Under the pieces are notes generated by a model that saw only the letters and a program-made list of their open reading frames with translations, was not told where the DNA came from and ran no database searches. Shown piece by piece: positions 1 through 13,633 of a stretch of DNA of 64,000 nt. The stretch comes from the human T2T-CHM13v2.0 reference genome, Homo sapiens. The stretch's first letter is position 1, and the number at the start of each line of letters is the position of its first letter. The stretch lies in NCBI RefSeq assembly GCF_009914755.1, contig NC_060925.1; one strand, 5' to 3'. The translations under genes were made by a program, and so were the position numbers.

Positions 1-2483
1 TCAGTTTTATTGTTACTCCTTGCTAGGCAAGTGTCTTTTTTTTCTGGCTGCTTTTAGCATTCTCTTTGTCTCTCTACCTCTTCTTATACACACACACGTA
101 TGTATATGTGTGCATGTGTGTGTGTAAATATATTTTTATATACATACATATATACTCTATGTCTACATCTATATTTATCTATCTATAGCTATATATCATG
201 TCTTTGGTTTTCAGAAATCCAATTAGATAAGTTTTTAACCTGCTTGGAGTTTATGGAGATTCTTGAATTGGTTGGGGGGTTTTCTGTGATGCATTTTGAA
301 AACTCTCTTCTAGTAGATCTTCAAATATTTCATTTGTGTCTTTTGCTCTCTGCTCCTCTTTTGGTACTCTAAAGACACAAATAAGACATGTGTTTATATT
401 TCCCATCTTGATGTATCCCATGTGTCCTTTATACTTTGTCTATTTTTTCCTTTCTTTTTCTTCTGTCTATGCTTCAGTTTTCTAAGTAGGATAATGGCTA
501 ATCACCTTAATCTAAACATGCATTGAACTGGATTCAGGCTGTTGCAGCTTAGTGAAATGACCTTCATTTATTTCATTTCCTCACGTGCTGCCCTCCTGGA
601 TTTTGATTGAGCAGTCAATGGCTATCTGTCTGCTCATTCTTGAAAGATTTCTGGAGATTTAGCTCTGCTCTTTGGAGGTTTTAATTTTCAATTTTTAGCC
701 TTCCACCCCTGAAACCTCCAAATCTGGCAATTATCTTGAGGGAAGACCAGCTGTGGGTTTTATGCATGCCTTCGTCTTTTAGTAAGATTTTGTCTCCAAA
801 GACGGAAAGGTGTGGGAGAATTTACTCTACCCTTGGAGTTTATCAACCCCACCTCCCATGTGCAACAAATATGTTGTGGGCAAAAAAATGTAGAATATTA
901 TGGCTCTTCATATTTCAATCTGCCATGCCTTCCATGTGTGACCACCAAAAACCTCACTTTTGGTGAGAAACCCTTTGCATGAGCCACACCCCAAGGAGAG
1001 AAAATGTCAGTGATATCACCTCATTTTAGAAAGGTTCTCGTGTCCCTGGAATTCCAATTTCTTTAGTCTTTTTTGCTTCCAAAGCATTTATATAGTCTTT
1101 AGCAACATAATTTTATAAATATTTATGGCACTTTTTGGTTGTTGCAATGGGAGTTTTGGTTTGCTATGATCTCATAATTTTTTCTTCACATATTTATTTC
1201 TGTATATATCTACTAATGATACAGCGATACAATGATTTGGAGATCTCAGCTCTTTTTGGGGTCTCTATTTATACTTCTCAGATTGCACTGGCCTAATCTC
1301 GCACTGGGCAGATTGTAGGTTATAATAAATATTTGTTTCTGTAATTATACATAGGGCAGCTGCCTTTTTTAGTGTTTGCTTACCTGTCCAAATTTAGGCC
1401 TATGCTTTTTATCTCATTATTAAAGATTTTAATTACAGTCTTGTAAGCTCAGTTCTGCTTTCATGTATAACCTTTTCTTATTTTATGTATTATTTCTAAA
1501 TGTTTTACAGTGAGAGGATTCACAGGATTTCTAGTATACCATATTCACAGAACAAAATCACAAATTTTGTTTCTTGAATCTACTTTTAAATCCATATGTT
1601 TTCCTAGATAATAATCAATTTTATTCAGAATTTCAAAAATTATTACAATAGAGTTTTACAAATATTATTTGAAATAACTTCTCCTGTAGGTCTGGTATAT
1701 TTTTCTTTATTTAATTCTCGATTTCATGGTTTATTTTTGTTAGGCAAACTAACGGCTGATTTGTTTTATTTATTTTTTCAAGGGAACTCTTGTTGGCTTT
1801 ATTTAGCAATTATGCCATTTGACTTATTTTATCTTACTTAAGTATATAATTAATATATTTTAATTTACTAAAATTCAGTGACTTCTCTTCTTGGTACATC
1901 TTGGCAAAGTTAAGTAGATTTCCACAATAGTATTCCATTTTGTAGTTTTTCAGATATGTCTATGTATTTTCTAGATATTCTCTTCTATGGCATATAAATT
2001 AAGACCGTGTCTGTATTTCTGATTCAACATTTTTAAATTTGTTTTGTTATTAGTTTTTACCATTATTGCATTTTTGTATGAAAATGTAGTATGTAATAGT
2101 TTCATTTCCCAAGTTTCATAGAGGTTTAAAAAATTTTAATACATGTTCTTTATTAAATCTATAAGCCCTTAAAAAGATGTATATTTTATATTTACAGATG
2201 GTAAACTTTGATTTAGCTCTATTTTTATTTAGATATCTATATATTTCTCTAGCTTTACTTCCATTATGTCAAATTACTTATTGTGTTGGTTAAGGTCTCT
2301 GTTCCTACAATTTTTAAACTACCTAACCTGCATTTTTCAATGAGTTTTGCTTCATATATTTTGATGCTATTTATTTCAATGTTTAAAGAGTTATTAAGAG
2401 TTATAGTCTATTATCTATTGTATTTTTGGTAATTCTCCTTGTTTAGGGCATTTAATTCATTTTACCTTAATTTCATGTTTGTT

Positions 2484-2514
<31 letters not shown>

Positions 2515-3300
2515 GTATTCTGTGTTTTTTCATTAGTCTGGTTTTCCCCCATCCTTCCTTTATATCAATGTTTTCTGAAATGTTTTTAGGCATATCAGTT
2601 TTTATTTTGATTTAGTATAAGCAATTAAATAGTATTTAATCATTTATCCTATTTTAATTATTAGTTATTATTTTCACAAAATGATTGTGGTCTTACATCT
2701 GTTGTTTTTCGTGTTCTGTTTTTTTTCAAAAATATGTGCTTGCTTTCATCTTCCCTTTAAAACAATTTAGCTATACTATGAGATTTTGTCTTTGATCTTC
2801 TCACCTAGTAATTTGAAAGGTGTATACTTTGGTTTTAGCTCAATTCATAGTTATATTTGTAATTGTAAGTAATGTTCCCACATTTACATTTCATAGTATA
2901 GCATCTTCAGCAACAGAATGCTGTCTACTAGGTCTCTTCTGTGACAAAGAAGGGCAATCACGTAGGTTCATTTTCATCCATTTTTACTCTTTTACTCTAT
3001 TTTTTTGTTTGCTTATGTAACCTGGAAAGTTTGTATCTATTTATTATAGTTAATTTATTGTTATTTTCACATTATTTATGTTAATTTTTTTTCAAGAGAC
3101 TGTTTTATAACAGTCTCACTTTGTAACTATCATTATTGAGCCTAAATCCTAAGTTGCATAGATTAGTATTCATTCATTCTTCATATCAAATTTTCCTGTT
3201 TTTGATCATTGAATTTTGCTGTCTCTCTATTTTGGATTAAGTATATCTTCAGGTAGGTTTTTAAGGAAACGTTATATGAGTAATATATCTCCAGAGACTT
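1..3300 (-). mobile_element. Highly decayed ancient L1 (L1M/L1ME or HAL1-like) fragments
   Basis: Long T-rich, CpG-poor stretch with phrases typical of antisense old L1 (e.g. tttctggctgctttta, cttcatatattttgatgctattt, ttgttggcttttattt). Boundaries and subfamily uncertain. Confidence 0.5.
2487..2514. repeat. (TAA)9 microsatellite
   Basis: taataataataataataataataataat read directly. Confidence 0.95.
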
Positions 3301-3461
3301 TATTAATATGTTAAATTTCAGCTGACTGTGATAAACAACAACAAAACCCTACAAAATACCAGTTGTTTAAATAAGACTGAAAGTTAAAAATATTTTCTGT
3401 AAATCATAACAGGCATATGATAGAGCATAAGATGAACTAAAATATTTTAAGAATTTCCTGC

Positions 3462-3640
3462 AGCCATGCTTGTCACATATCATCTCATTTAATCTTCACA
3501 AATGCCCCGATATGGGAATTAACGTTCTGTATTCTAGAGACAGGAAACTGCAGCTCAAAGGGCAAAAGTATCTAGTCCAAAGTGACAGATGCGAGTTGAA
3601 GCCAGTGTTATCTATCTCCCATGTTATCTTCACTGCAGTT
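3462..3640 (-). mobile_element. MIR SINE fragment
   Basis: catctcatttaatcttcaca...ggaaactgcagctcaaag matches the antisense MIR core. Confidence 0.7.
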
Positions 3641-3982
3641 GTACTGCCCCTGAGGATATAAGGGGCAAATAAAAGTGAGGATAAAGTATTCCAGGGTCAG
3701 AGCTGAGCCATTGATGAATTCCTTCTGGGATTAAAGGGTGGAAACTCCGAGAAGCGTCAGAGAGCAGGTAATGTTTGAGAGCAATCTTAAATGATTAATT
3801 GAAGTTTTCCAGGTGGGCAAGGAAGGGGAATGCATTCCAGGCTAAGAAGACAACATGAGCAATAAGCTTTTGTTCCTTAAAGGGATTAATCAAAACTTTC
3901 TATTATTTTATTTCTAGGCACAAAACCGGTGCTTAATAGAGGTTTTACTGGCTTAATTTATTTAGTCATTCTCTTTGTTCCA

Positions 3983-4462
3983 TGTGGCAGATATGCCATT
4001 TGCCACTCTAATATTGTCCTATCCTTTCTCCTAGTAAGAAAACTCTAATTTAGTGGAGGCAGCAATGGGCCCAGCTAAAAAGATGATGTTTCCAAGCCTC
4101 CCTTGCAGCTTGAAGATGTAGACAGAAATTGTTGGGGAGTCTTCTAGGAAAGCACATAAGAGAAGGACAGACAGCTGATCTATCCCTTTTTGCCCTTCGC
4201 CCTCATGTTCTGATTCCTGCTTAGAATCACCTGTGTCTTAGACTGTGGGCCATCCGTGAGAATGGAAACCACATGATTGTGACAGTAAATGGAAAAGCAG
4301 AAGGAAGCTGGGTCCGTGATGACAATGTGAGGTCACATACCAATCCTGAATGCCTATTTTAAGATTTTTTTAATGTAAAAAATAAATTTCTCTCTTCTTT
4401 AGGCCACTGCTATTTCTATTCTCTGCTACTAGCCGCAGAATGCAATTCCTAACTGATATACA
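3983..4462 (+). mobile_element. Old ERVL/MaLR-class solo LTR (LTR16/LTR33/MLT1-like)
   Basis: Starts TGtggcag, contains cccagctaaaa..tttccaagcctcccttgcagct, has AATAAA at ~4381 and ends cctaactgatataCA. Confidence 0.7.
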
Positions 4463-5231
4463 CCACATTTACCCTATGCTCCAGAAATCTACATGCAGAT
4501 GACTGGGGGCAACTACAAATACTTATGGCTAGAAATTACTATTTGGAAAATGCATAGAAATAACTGAGAGGATTTTCCTGCATGGACCTCATTTCCAAGG
4601 TGCATCTCAAAGACAGTCTTATACCAGCCATGCAGCGTGGAGGAATTCTAGAAGCCTTTCAGGAAGAGAAAGTGGCTGCTATTGCTGCTGATACTGCTGC
4701 AGTTTAGTGGAAACTAAAAGGCTGGAATGATGACCTTTCAAGAAGAACAAATGTTATTAAAGAATGGATTTTTGTCCCACCTCCTGCAACAGTCAAGAGC
4801 AAAAGGATGAAAAGGGAATCCTATTCTTCTATTAATAACTCCTCAGTCAGTCTCATGCTGACAAAGCAGAAAGCAGCTTTAAAATTAGCAATTTTGCCTG
4901 CAAATTAGCCCCTTGCAAAGCCATAAAAAGAGAAAAGGAAATAAGAAGAATTCTTTTAATGGAGTCAAGGATGGAAAAACCAAGAGTGATAGAGCATAAA
5001 TGCCCAGAAAACATACTTATTTTAAGGACGATAATACCCAGGTTTTAAAGAGCTGCTTATAGCTGTGTATGAGGAAAGTGTTAATTTATAGCCCTTGGAC
5101 CAGTGGCTTTTCTTAATGGCTCCTTGGAGCGAATCTATCAGATAACTTGGAAGAGCACAAGGTTTAGGTTGACGTTAATAAATATTACTCCATTCACCCC
5201 TATCTGAGAAATTCCTATTCCATTTCAGAAA

Positions 5232-5455
5232 GGCAATGCAGTAAATGAAAAGAGATTAAACTTTACAGGCAGACAGACAGGTTTGAACCCTGGCTCTGCT
5301 CCTTCACTAGCCCTGGGAAAGTCTGGGCACCACTCTGGGCCTCTATTTTGTCTTCTATCAAAACAGAGGGTAATTATGCTTCAGTGTGTTAGTATCATTA
5401 AATTTAGTACCATGCATAGAACTTGGTCCCTAGTAGGTTCTTAGTGAATGTTAGT
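5232..5455 (+). mobile_element. MIR SINE
   Basis: gtttgaaccctggctctgct (B-box-like), then core and tagtaggttcttagtgaatgttag tail. Confidence 0.7.
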
Positions 5456-6414
5456 CCTTTTCTACTCTCCTTTCCTCATCTGATAGCTAGGAACACTAAA
5501 CTTTCTTGCAAACCTATGCAAAGCAATTATATTTATCTCTGTGAAATTCTCCCCATAAGAAGATGAATCCCTACAGAGAAGATGAGCACATTTCCATAAT
5601 CTACAATTGGTCTCAGGTATTAGGCTCCTGTTTATAGTTTTGTATAAATGATAAGTCAATATTCAATAGTGGGAATAATCTGAAAAAATAAACTGATACT
5701 CCCTTAACAATAAAAAGGAGGAGCTCTCTATTTCCAGCAAGGAACATACACAAGAGCAGGAATTTTAAATTTATACAGTTTGCTTCATTTGCAGCTTTGG
5801 TGGTTTCCACATTCATAGTCATTTAATACTCCTTACGTTCCAAGAGGAAGTGAGGAACTTGGGGATCTGTTGAAGGCTTGGCGAGTCTCAGTCATTCCTT
5901 TCTTAGTTCAAGAGGGTATTTTATACCTGAAACATACATTTTCCTTTCCAGGTCTAAAAAATTGCAAGATATAAAGAAAGCAGTTAAAGCCATAATGCAC
6001 ATGGAGTACAAACACTGTTTGAAGATGAGTAAATCATTCAGAAATACCTGAACAGCATTTAAAAAATACTTTTTCTTATTGATGGCTGTAGATCACAAGA
6101 TTGGATACCTTTATAGAAATCTAACTGTGCTAGAAACACTAGGCAGAGTTACCTCTCCAAATGTAGTAATATAGCCCCAGAATAATTCTCCTTCAAGTTT
6201 TCAGATCTCAAGTTCATAGGATCTGGTTTAGGTGGGTCCTTAGAAATGATTTAAATCCCCTAATAACATAACCATATAATAGTCTTTCCACTTGTGTTTG
6301 CACATCTCCAGCAATAGAGAAGAGCATTCTTCCCAGGGCAGTTGAGTTGAAATTAAGTCAATACATATGCATCGAGCTCCTCTAATATGATAGTCAATTG
6401 TTTGTACAGAGGTA

Positions 6415-6838
6415 TGTATTAGCTTCCTGTGGCTGCCATAACAGAGTACCACAAACCAGGTGGCTTAAAACAACAGAAATTTATTGTCTCACTGTTCTAG
6501 AGGCTAGAAGTTTGAAATAATGGTGTCTGTAGGGCTATGATCCCTCTGAAATCTATAGGGGAGAACCCTGCCTTACATCTTCCAGCTTGTGTTGTTTGCT
6601 GACCACCCTTGGCATTCCTTGGCTTGTAGATACATTATTCCAATCTCTGCCTCCTTCATCACATGGTCATCTTCCTGCGTGTCTCTCTTTTTCTCTTAAG
6701 AACACCAGTCATAGTGGATTATCTCATCTTAACTATTAGATCTGCAATGATCCTATTTACAAATAAGGCCCCATTCTGAGGTACTAGGGGTTAGGACTTC
6801 ATCATATATTTTGGGGGTATGTAATTTAACTGATAACA
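6415..6838 (-). mobile_element. MLT1 (MLT1C-like) MaLR solo LTR
   Basis: tgtattagcttcctgtggctgccataacagagtaccacaaacc...ggcttaaaacaacagaaatttattgtctcac...gaggtactaggggttaggacttc; classic antisense MLT1. Confidence 0.85.
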
Positions 6839-6904
6839 GGAATTAAAGATGGTTAAGAATTGGTCTCTGCTTTGGGTAGTTCCTAGTTCCATGACTTCCC
6901 ATAG

Positions 6905-7105
6905 CAGGCGTAGAAAGTAGACAGACTTGGTTTTCTAGCCCAGCTAAACCTCCTAGTGGCCAAATGACCTTAGTCAAGTTAATTAAGCTGTAGTTTCATC
7001 TTCTGAAAATGGAATAAAAATTGAGAAAATTGAATGGATCAGTGACTGGAGAGTGTATATCAAGATGATAAGCACAGGATAAGCACTGAATAAATGTTAT
7101 CTTTC
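6905..7105 (+). mobile_element. MIR SINE fragment
   Basis: tgaccttagtcaagttaattaagctgtagtttcatcttctgaaaatgg...cactgaataaatgttat. Confidence 0.6.
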
Positions 7106-7397
7106 CCTTTCCCAATACCAGGACTTTATTGTATGATCAAATTATTCATTCATATACTCATATATTCGATTATTTCTGCAAATATTTCTCAAGCATCTAA
7201 TACACAGCAAGCACCAAGGTAATATATTAGAGAAAAAGACAAGACATGATCCCTTCACTCACGGAGGCTATTATCCTGCTCTGTGCTAGATTTTAATTAA
7301 ACAATTTATTTAGCAAAATGCCAAAAGGCCTTCAAAATAAGAAGAATGCTCAGTAGTGCACAGTCTGACTATTGAAGAGTGATAAAGGGAAATACAT

Positions 7398-7590
7398 CTA
7401 ACATTTATTGAGTGCTTAGCATATAACAGATACTGTGCTAGATAAGTTATCTGTCATCTCATTGAATCTTGAAACAACCTGAGGAAATAGTTGTTTAATT
7501 TAATAGGCTACAGTTCAGAGAAGTGATGAAACCTACCCAAGAACACTCAGCTGGTAATTTCTAGAACCTCTTTCTCCTCTGCCACAGTTA
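7398..7590 (-). mobile_element. MIR SINE
   Basis: ctaacatttattgagtgctt...tctcattgaatcttgaaacaacc...ttcagagaagtga. Confidence 0.7.
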
Positions 7591-8476
7591 GGAGTCTATT
7601 TACTATTGGTCAAGAATTTGGTCATCAGATTGAAGACACATGAGGTGGAGATGAATGAGTCTTCTTTTGACAAAACATTTTATCCCTTATGTGGAATGGC
7701 AGTTTATCTCAAGGTAAGCCTCCAGGCCAATTTCTGCCCAGTTCTATTTTTTGTATCCACATGACAGCAGTTCACACAAAGCTTACTTGTGCCAAATCCT
7801 GCTTACTTTATGTTGAATGGGTTTAGGGAGACTCACTAGCATCCTTCTTTCATGATCCCTTGAAATCAGAAGGGCAAGAGATGCACTCAGTAGCCACATA
7901 TGAGGACCCATTATAAGATTTTGATTCTCTTGATTCTGTGTTCTAAGAAGCCAGACACCTGTGCATGAGCTGAAGGCAATTCCTCCAGCTTTACAGTCTT
8001 CCCTACTGACTGCCAGAGTCTTCCCAAGTCCTCACATCACTACCCAAGGGCTCATAAACACTCTTGCAAGGTAGATGAGCTCTCCATATGGTTTGTCGTT
8101 TGAGAGAAATCCTAGGAGATCAGCAGCTTGGAAGACCATAACAGCCATGGATTTGACTTCTGTTTCCATGTTCTTTTCCTTCCTTTTATTGTCTGCGTGG
8201 ATCATATATTCTCTTGGACACCAGCTTGAATCCTAAAAGCCTTCCAGAATAATGTATTTGCTCTTGTTCTTTAGGGAAGCTTAGCTTCAAGGCTTTTATG
8301 GTTATTTCATCCTGAATTTGCTGAGGTTTCATGGGTTACACTTTCTTCACTTATCTACATATGGTTGTGAATGAAAATCTATTAAATAGAGAAAAGGGTG
8401 ACTTCTTAATGGCATTGCTGTCAATGAGGGTCATCGTCACAGCTTTCAAAATCTATGCAGCAGGGATCCCCTAGAG

Positions 8477-8682
8477 CAGTGGCTCTCAATGGGGAGAAAA
8501 TTGTCTATCCCCCAGGGGGTGTTTGGCAATATCTGGGAATAGTTTTTGTTGTCATAACTGGTGTGTATGTGGGATGCTATTGGCAAAGGATGCTGCTAAA
8601 CATCTTACAAACCCAAGGCACTCTCCCACAAGAAAGAATTATCTAGCCCAAATATCAACAGTACTAAGATTGAAAAACCCTG
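8477..8682 (+). mobile_element. MER20 (hAT-Charlie) non-autonomous DNA transposon
   Basis: cagtggctctcaat...tttggcaatatctgg...gatgctgctaaacatc...ttgaaaaaccctg; 8-bp TSD ccctagag (8469-8476) / acctagag (8683-8690). Confidence 0.9.
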
Positions 8683-9530
8683 ACCTAGAGGGTAGTCTTT
8701 AGACATCACCCTGAAAACTGAATGCTCTGCATTCCAGGCTTGGATCAACTCCTAACTGATTATTTTAACATGGTCAAACAACTTAATGCCTTTGAACACC
8801 AGCTTGCTTATATATAAAATGCAGGAAATGGCTGTTGGGAAAGAAAATTGAGCCACCAATTGTATTTTAAGGCCAAAGGAAAGAGGAAAATAATGTGTAA
8901 TATTCACAGATGTTCATTTGAGTTATTTATAAGAGCGAATATCACAAAACAGCTGAAAGTTTTGTTTAAATAAAGAATAGTTTGACAGAACAGTATGAGG
9001 ATCTTACAAAACAGTTTTCATTAAATGGAAAATGACTTTGTTATGATATTTTTAAAAGGATAATATTATTTAAATTAGTATGTACAGTAGACCAGAGAGG
9101 AATTTGTTACTGTGTTTCCTGAGCTGTCTCTATCAGTATTTCCTGTTGCACTCATCAGTGTCTAAGACTCAATTGTTTAAGTGTGTGTCTTTATGACCAG
9201 ATCATGTGAATGATGGTAGGTCATAATTATCTCTGTATCTTCAATGTCTTGCACGTGGAAGGTAATCAACAAATGTTAGTTGAGTTTGTTTATTTATGTA
9301 CGAGAATAAAAAAATAACTGCAAGAAGCCTAACTATATAAAAGATCAGACAAATGCAGCCAAATGTTAACAATGGTATTTTTAAGTTCAATTTCTCTGCA
9401 TTTTCTATTCTACTATTTCTATATAAAGAGTATGTTTTAATTTTACCACAGGAATAAAAAAATAACTAGAGAGATTTTTGAACAAAGACTCTCATGTAAG
9501 TACGTGGAAACTAGAAGTGTTTCCCTCCTG

Positions 9531-9556
9531 TTTTTTTTTTTTTTTTTTTTTTTTTT
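9531..9556. repeat. Poly(T) tract, 26 nt
   Basis: Read directly. Confidence 0.95.
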
Positions 9557-9589
9557 CTCACTCCAGCCTGACCTCTTACCCAGGGAGAA

Positions 9590-9920
9590 TTAGGTACTAT
9601 TTTTTTGCTGCTGTCAACATTAGGTACTGACCTCTGTAAAAGCATTGATAATATCATATTGAATTTTACATTTTCACCTGCCCCACTACTGTGAGCAAAT
9701 TTGATACAAGGCCAGTTTTTACTTATTTATCTCTGTATTCCTGCCACCTACCTCAGTGCCTTTTATACCAGTGGTGATCAGTGTATGCCAAATGACAAAA
9801 CTCCTGTATGTAGTATTTACTATATCATACTGTGATTCACTGTAAGGGGGCAGGGACTGCAAATCACATATTAACATGTAGTAGATGCTCAGTAAATAGA
9901 GTTTGTTGAATAAATGGATG
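9590..9920 (+). mobile_element. L2 LINE 3' fragments
   Basis: atctctgtattcctgccacc...cagtgcct and gtagatgctcagtaaatagagtttgttgaataaatggatg match the L2 3' end. Confidence 0.6.
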
Positions 9921-10349
9921 ACAATAAAGCCTGTACTTCCTGCACTAAACCAATTAAACCAACTTTCCTCCAACAGCACCTGCTTGACTATGGATACATT
10001 AGCATAGCAGAGTTGAACAAAATCGAAATCCCTCACTTCCAGTTAGGAGATAAGAGCAGGCTTGGATCCTGGCTTATTTTGCTTAAGGCTTAATCATTTG
10101 GCTCCCAGGTAAATTCAAATTCTTTAGAAATGAGTCAAAAATGCTCTTTTCAAATTTAGCATCTCTAGTCCAAGGTTGTAATTCCTTGATATTCCTCTAA
10201 TGGTGTGAAACGTTGGACATTTTCTTTCAAATGTGTGACTTTGTAAAGTTCTTTTATTCTCTCGGTGACTTTAAAATAAAAAGGATGGTTATGTCTTAGG
10301 TATTGACAGGAAAGTGCTCTACTGTTTTGGAGGGAGCTTGAGTAGCAAA

Positions 10350-10610
10350 AATACTGAATAGTTTGGGGTAATGGTTAAAACACAAGTGGGTTTAAATCTT
10401 AGCTCTGCCACCCGTTGATTCACTGTACAACCTCTTGTAAGATAAGTCAGTGCTCCATGCCTTTGTTTCCTTGTTGAAAAATGCAGGCAACATTGTACAT
10501 ATCTCATTGAGTTTTGAGAGTGATAAATAAGAAAATGATTATAAAAATCACAGCACACTACATCTGGTACATAATAACCATTCAGTAAAATCAGATATCA
10601 TTATGTCAGT
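10350..10610 (+). mobile_element. MIR SINE
   Basis: gggtttaaatcttagctctgccac...tttgtttccttgttgaaaaatg...ggtacataataaccattcagtaaa. Confidence 0.75.
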
Positions 10611-11779
10611 AACAATTTGTGTAACCTGTGGAAAGTAAATTCAGGGCTTTCTTTTCATCTCCTTTTCTCCCTTCTGTAACTAAAGATTTGTACTAGGCTA
10701 TCTGAATTCTCCTTCCCAGATCCTAGATTTTTATACCCATTGATTCTAAGGATTAAAGTCTTTAGGAGCCTTGTTGGATGTCTAATTCCTGTGCAGATTC
10801 TGTAGAACTAAAAATGGGTCCACTGACTGTAATCTAATGAGGCTTGGAGGCTGGGGGAAACCATCAGGAGAAAGAGTAGCAGTGAGCGGGCAAAGAACAA
10901 CGAAGTATGGGAGAAAGAGCACTGGGTCAGGTGTTAGAGAATTAGAATCTAACTCAGGTATGGGATGGCTGTACATATAATTTCTCCATGGCAGCACTCA
11001 ACTTTCTCACCAATAATATTAGAATGAAATCGCTAGTGAATTCAAAGCCTCTTCCAGTTCTACCTGATATGATTTTGGTCTATTTACTGGGCATACTATC
11101 CTGAATTTATTCTCTTCAGTGTTTGTTCCCCAGCCTGCCAAAAGGCCGCTCTCCTCCTTCAATCTTTCTGACTTCTTTCTATGAGTTCTGAACTTCGCTT
11201 CCCCTTTAGATGCTAGCTTATTAACCACTCTTATACACTGCCTAGAAATCCCAGAATAATACAAGATATTTGTCTGAAGGTCTTAGGGGTTCTTTCTGCA
11301 TCTACTGCTTTCAGAATGACCATAATGAGGCTCCTGGGACCAACCATAGGTTAAAGAAAAACCATCTGGTGCTGAGAATCCAAAGGCAGCGGGAAATCCT
11401 CAACAGGAACTGGAGAGGTTGGAGAAATAATAGAGCAGAAGCCACCTGGAAGCAGGTGAATAACACTGAATAAATGATTACAACTTAGACTAATCCAGTC
11501 TTGCTCTAGAAAGAATAACAGATAAATGAAGGCAAATTTAGACTCAGTATTAGAATCAACTGTATAAAAAATGCAGTTTGCCAAATAGTGACACTAAAAT
11601 GGCTTCAAGGTAGATAGCTGGAGAGTAAAAAATTTTAACCTGAAGAATGGAGAAAATCCTTGCTTCTGATAGGAGGAAGGATTTAATAATCTCCAAATTC
11701 TTCTGAATTCGAGCTCTGAAACTGCGATTCTGTCCATAAATGTAGCAATGCTCAGAAAGGATGAATATCCATAGAGCAA

Positions 11780-11930
11780 CTTTCATATGCAGGAGCCAGG
11801 CACTATACTAGAATCTTTTTACATTCTCTCAATAATCCCAAAAACAGGATCATAACACCTCTGTTTTGCAGAAAGAAAAATTGTGGCTCAGGCAAGGAAA
11901 CTAAATGACTTCTCCAAGCTTGTAAGAGAT
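11780..11930 (-). mobile_element. MIR fragment
   Basis: ccaggcactatac...ctgttttgcagaaagaaaaattgtggctcagg. Confidence 0.6.
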
Positions 11931-12399
11931 GCAATAGTATTTTATTTTAGAGCTGGTGAAGAATTCTTAGGAAGCCAGAAATCAGCTGGTTCTTGCTGTT
12001 TTGACTGCACGGATTTGAGCTCCTGAATTTCTCCACAGGGGCCCAAACAACAGGGCAGGTTGTTAGCTGCATTGCACATAGAAGGGTAGAAGAGGAAGAA
12101 TGATTTTACTTCTTGACAAAGAAGAAGAAGGAAAGACGTCTGCAGGGTAAGCATGTCTGGGAGTCCCTGCCACCTGCTGCCATTCATTTAATCATCCCTG
12201 GGAGCCGGACTGCAGGCCCTGTGCCAGGCTGTCAGCAGCAGAAACTGGCAAGGAGAGAGCTCACTCAGCAGCTATTAGATACCAGGGCCTGCCCACCAGT
12301 TACAGTGTGAACTGGGGACTGGAGGAACAGGAAGCAATGGCTGATCTCAGCAGTCAGCAGGAGGAAAAGTAAGGCAGAACTGAAATGTATGATGTGTTT

Positions 12400-12600
12400 A
12401 CTTTGTTATCAGCACTGTGTCATGCTAAGTACCTTTGAAATGTCTCTTCTTCTCATTCCTCGAAATAGTCCTACTAAGTAGGTATTACTTTCTTCATTAT
12501 TGCCAAAGAAGAAACTAAGACCAAAACAGTTTAAGTAAATTGTTCAGTAGATCTTGGACATTAAACCAATTTTGTCTGACTCAAAATTCCACATTAACTA
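12400..12600 (-). mobile_element. MIR fragment
   Basis: aagtaggtattact...aaagaagaaactaagacc...gtctgactcaaaa. Confidence 0.6.
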
Positions 12601-13347
12601 TGATTTTCCAGACTCAATTCACTGGTGTTCCCTTTCATATTTCACCATGTCTGCACAGCGCTTCTACTTTTATTTAACCATTTTTCTGCAAGTCAACACC
12701 CCTCCTTCTTAAATTTTACTTTTGTAAATGCATTTTAAAAGGAAGATGTATAATGCTACCATAAATGGAAAAGCAATTTCACTTGCCATAAGTAGATGGT
12801 AATAACAAAAATAAATAAATGAAAACAAAATAGTGTGATTAAATTCTTGCTATAGAGTCTAGTGCCTGGAAGGCTTTGTGCCTGAGGTGTACTTTCTTTT
12901 TTAAAACTGAAGATTAGCAAGTGTTATAGAGATGCTAAAGATACAGAGGACCAAAATGATTTTTTTCTCTCTGGAAGAAAACAAATCAAAAGAATTGAAG
13001 GATAATTGGAATTCATATTATGCGTTTCAAAGCTGTTTCATGCCCTTTCTCCATCCTCCCCCAAACCATCTCCAGGAGATCCAGTCTCCATGCCCACACA
13101 TGGAGGGCTCTTTTCATGATAGTAGTGAAAATGGGAACTTCTGTTCTGACATCAAGCAAGTACTCACTTTGCATGCCATCTCCTCAAGTGAGACAACACA
13201 GTTCACTAGGTAGAAAGTGAAGGGAAAATAAATGGGTCTGGACTGTTACGGTAACCTCCTAAACGGCCTTTCTGACACAAATTTTCATCCAATATATCAT
13301 CATTTAAAGTCATGATAATTTTCTGCTAAGACATATGAAGTGGTTTC

Positions 13348-13633
13348 TTTTTTTTTTTTTTGAGACAGAGTCTCATTCTGTCGCCCAGGCTCGAGTGCTC
13401 AGTGCTCACTGCAAGCTCCGCCTCCCGGGTTCAAGCCATTCTCCTGCCTCAGCCTCCCGAGTAACTGGGACTACAGGCACCCGCCACCACGCCCTCCTAA
13501 TTTTTTGTATTTTTAGTAGAGACAGGGTTTCACTGTGTTAGCCAGGATAGGCTCGATCTCCTGACCTCGTGATCCGTCCGCCTCGGCCTCCCAAAGAGCT
13601 GGGGATTACAGGCATGAGCCACTGCGCCCGGCC
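13348..13633 (-). mobile_element. AluY-like SINE
   Basis: Antisense Alu with AluY-type features (gcaagctccgcc, ccattctcc, gttagccaggat); TSD tgaagtggtttctttt at 13336 and 13634; small internal deletion near 13391-13405. Confidence 0.95.

Noticed and set aside
12620-12990. Possible hAT-Charlie fragment (similar candidates at ~22175-22470 and ~57180-57345)
   Set aside because: Resembles old DNA transposon relics, but I could not fix TIRs or family well enough to list.
13085-13105. Hairpin ctccatg-cccaca-catggag as a small RNA
   Set aside because: A 7-bp stem is expected by chance; no snRNA, snoRNA or miRNA features.
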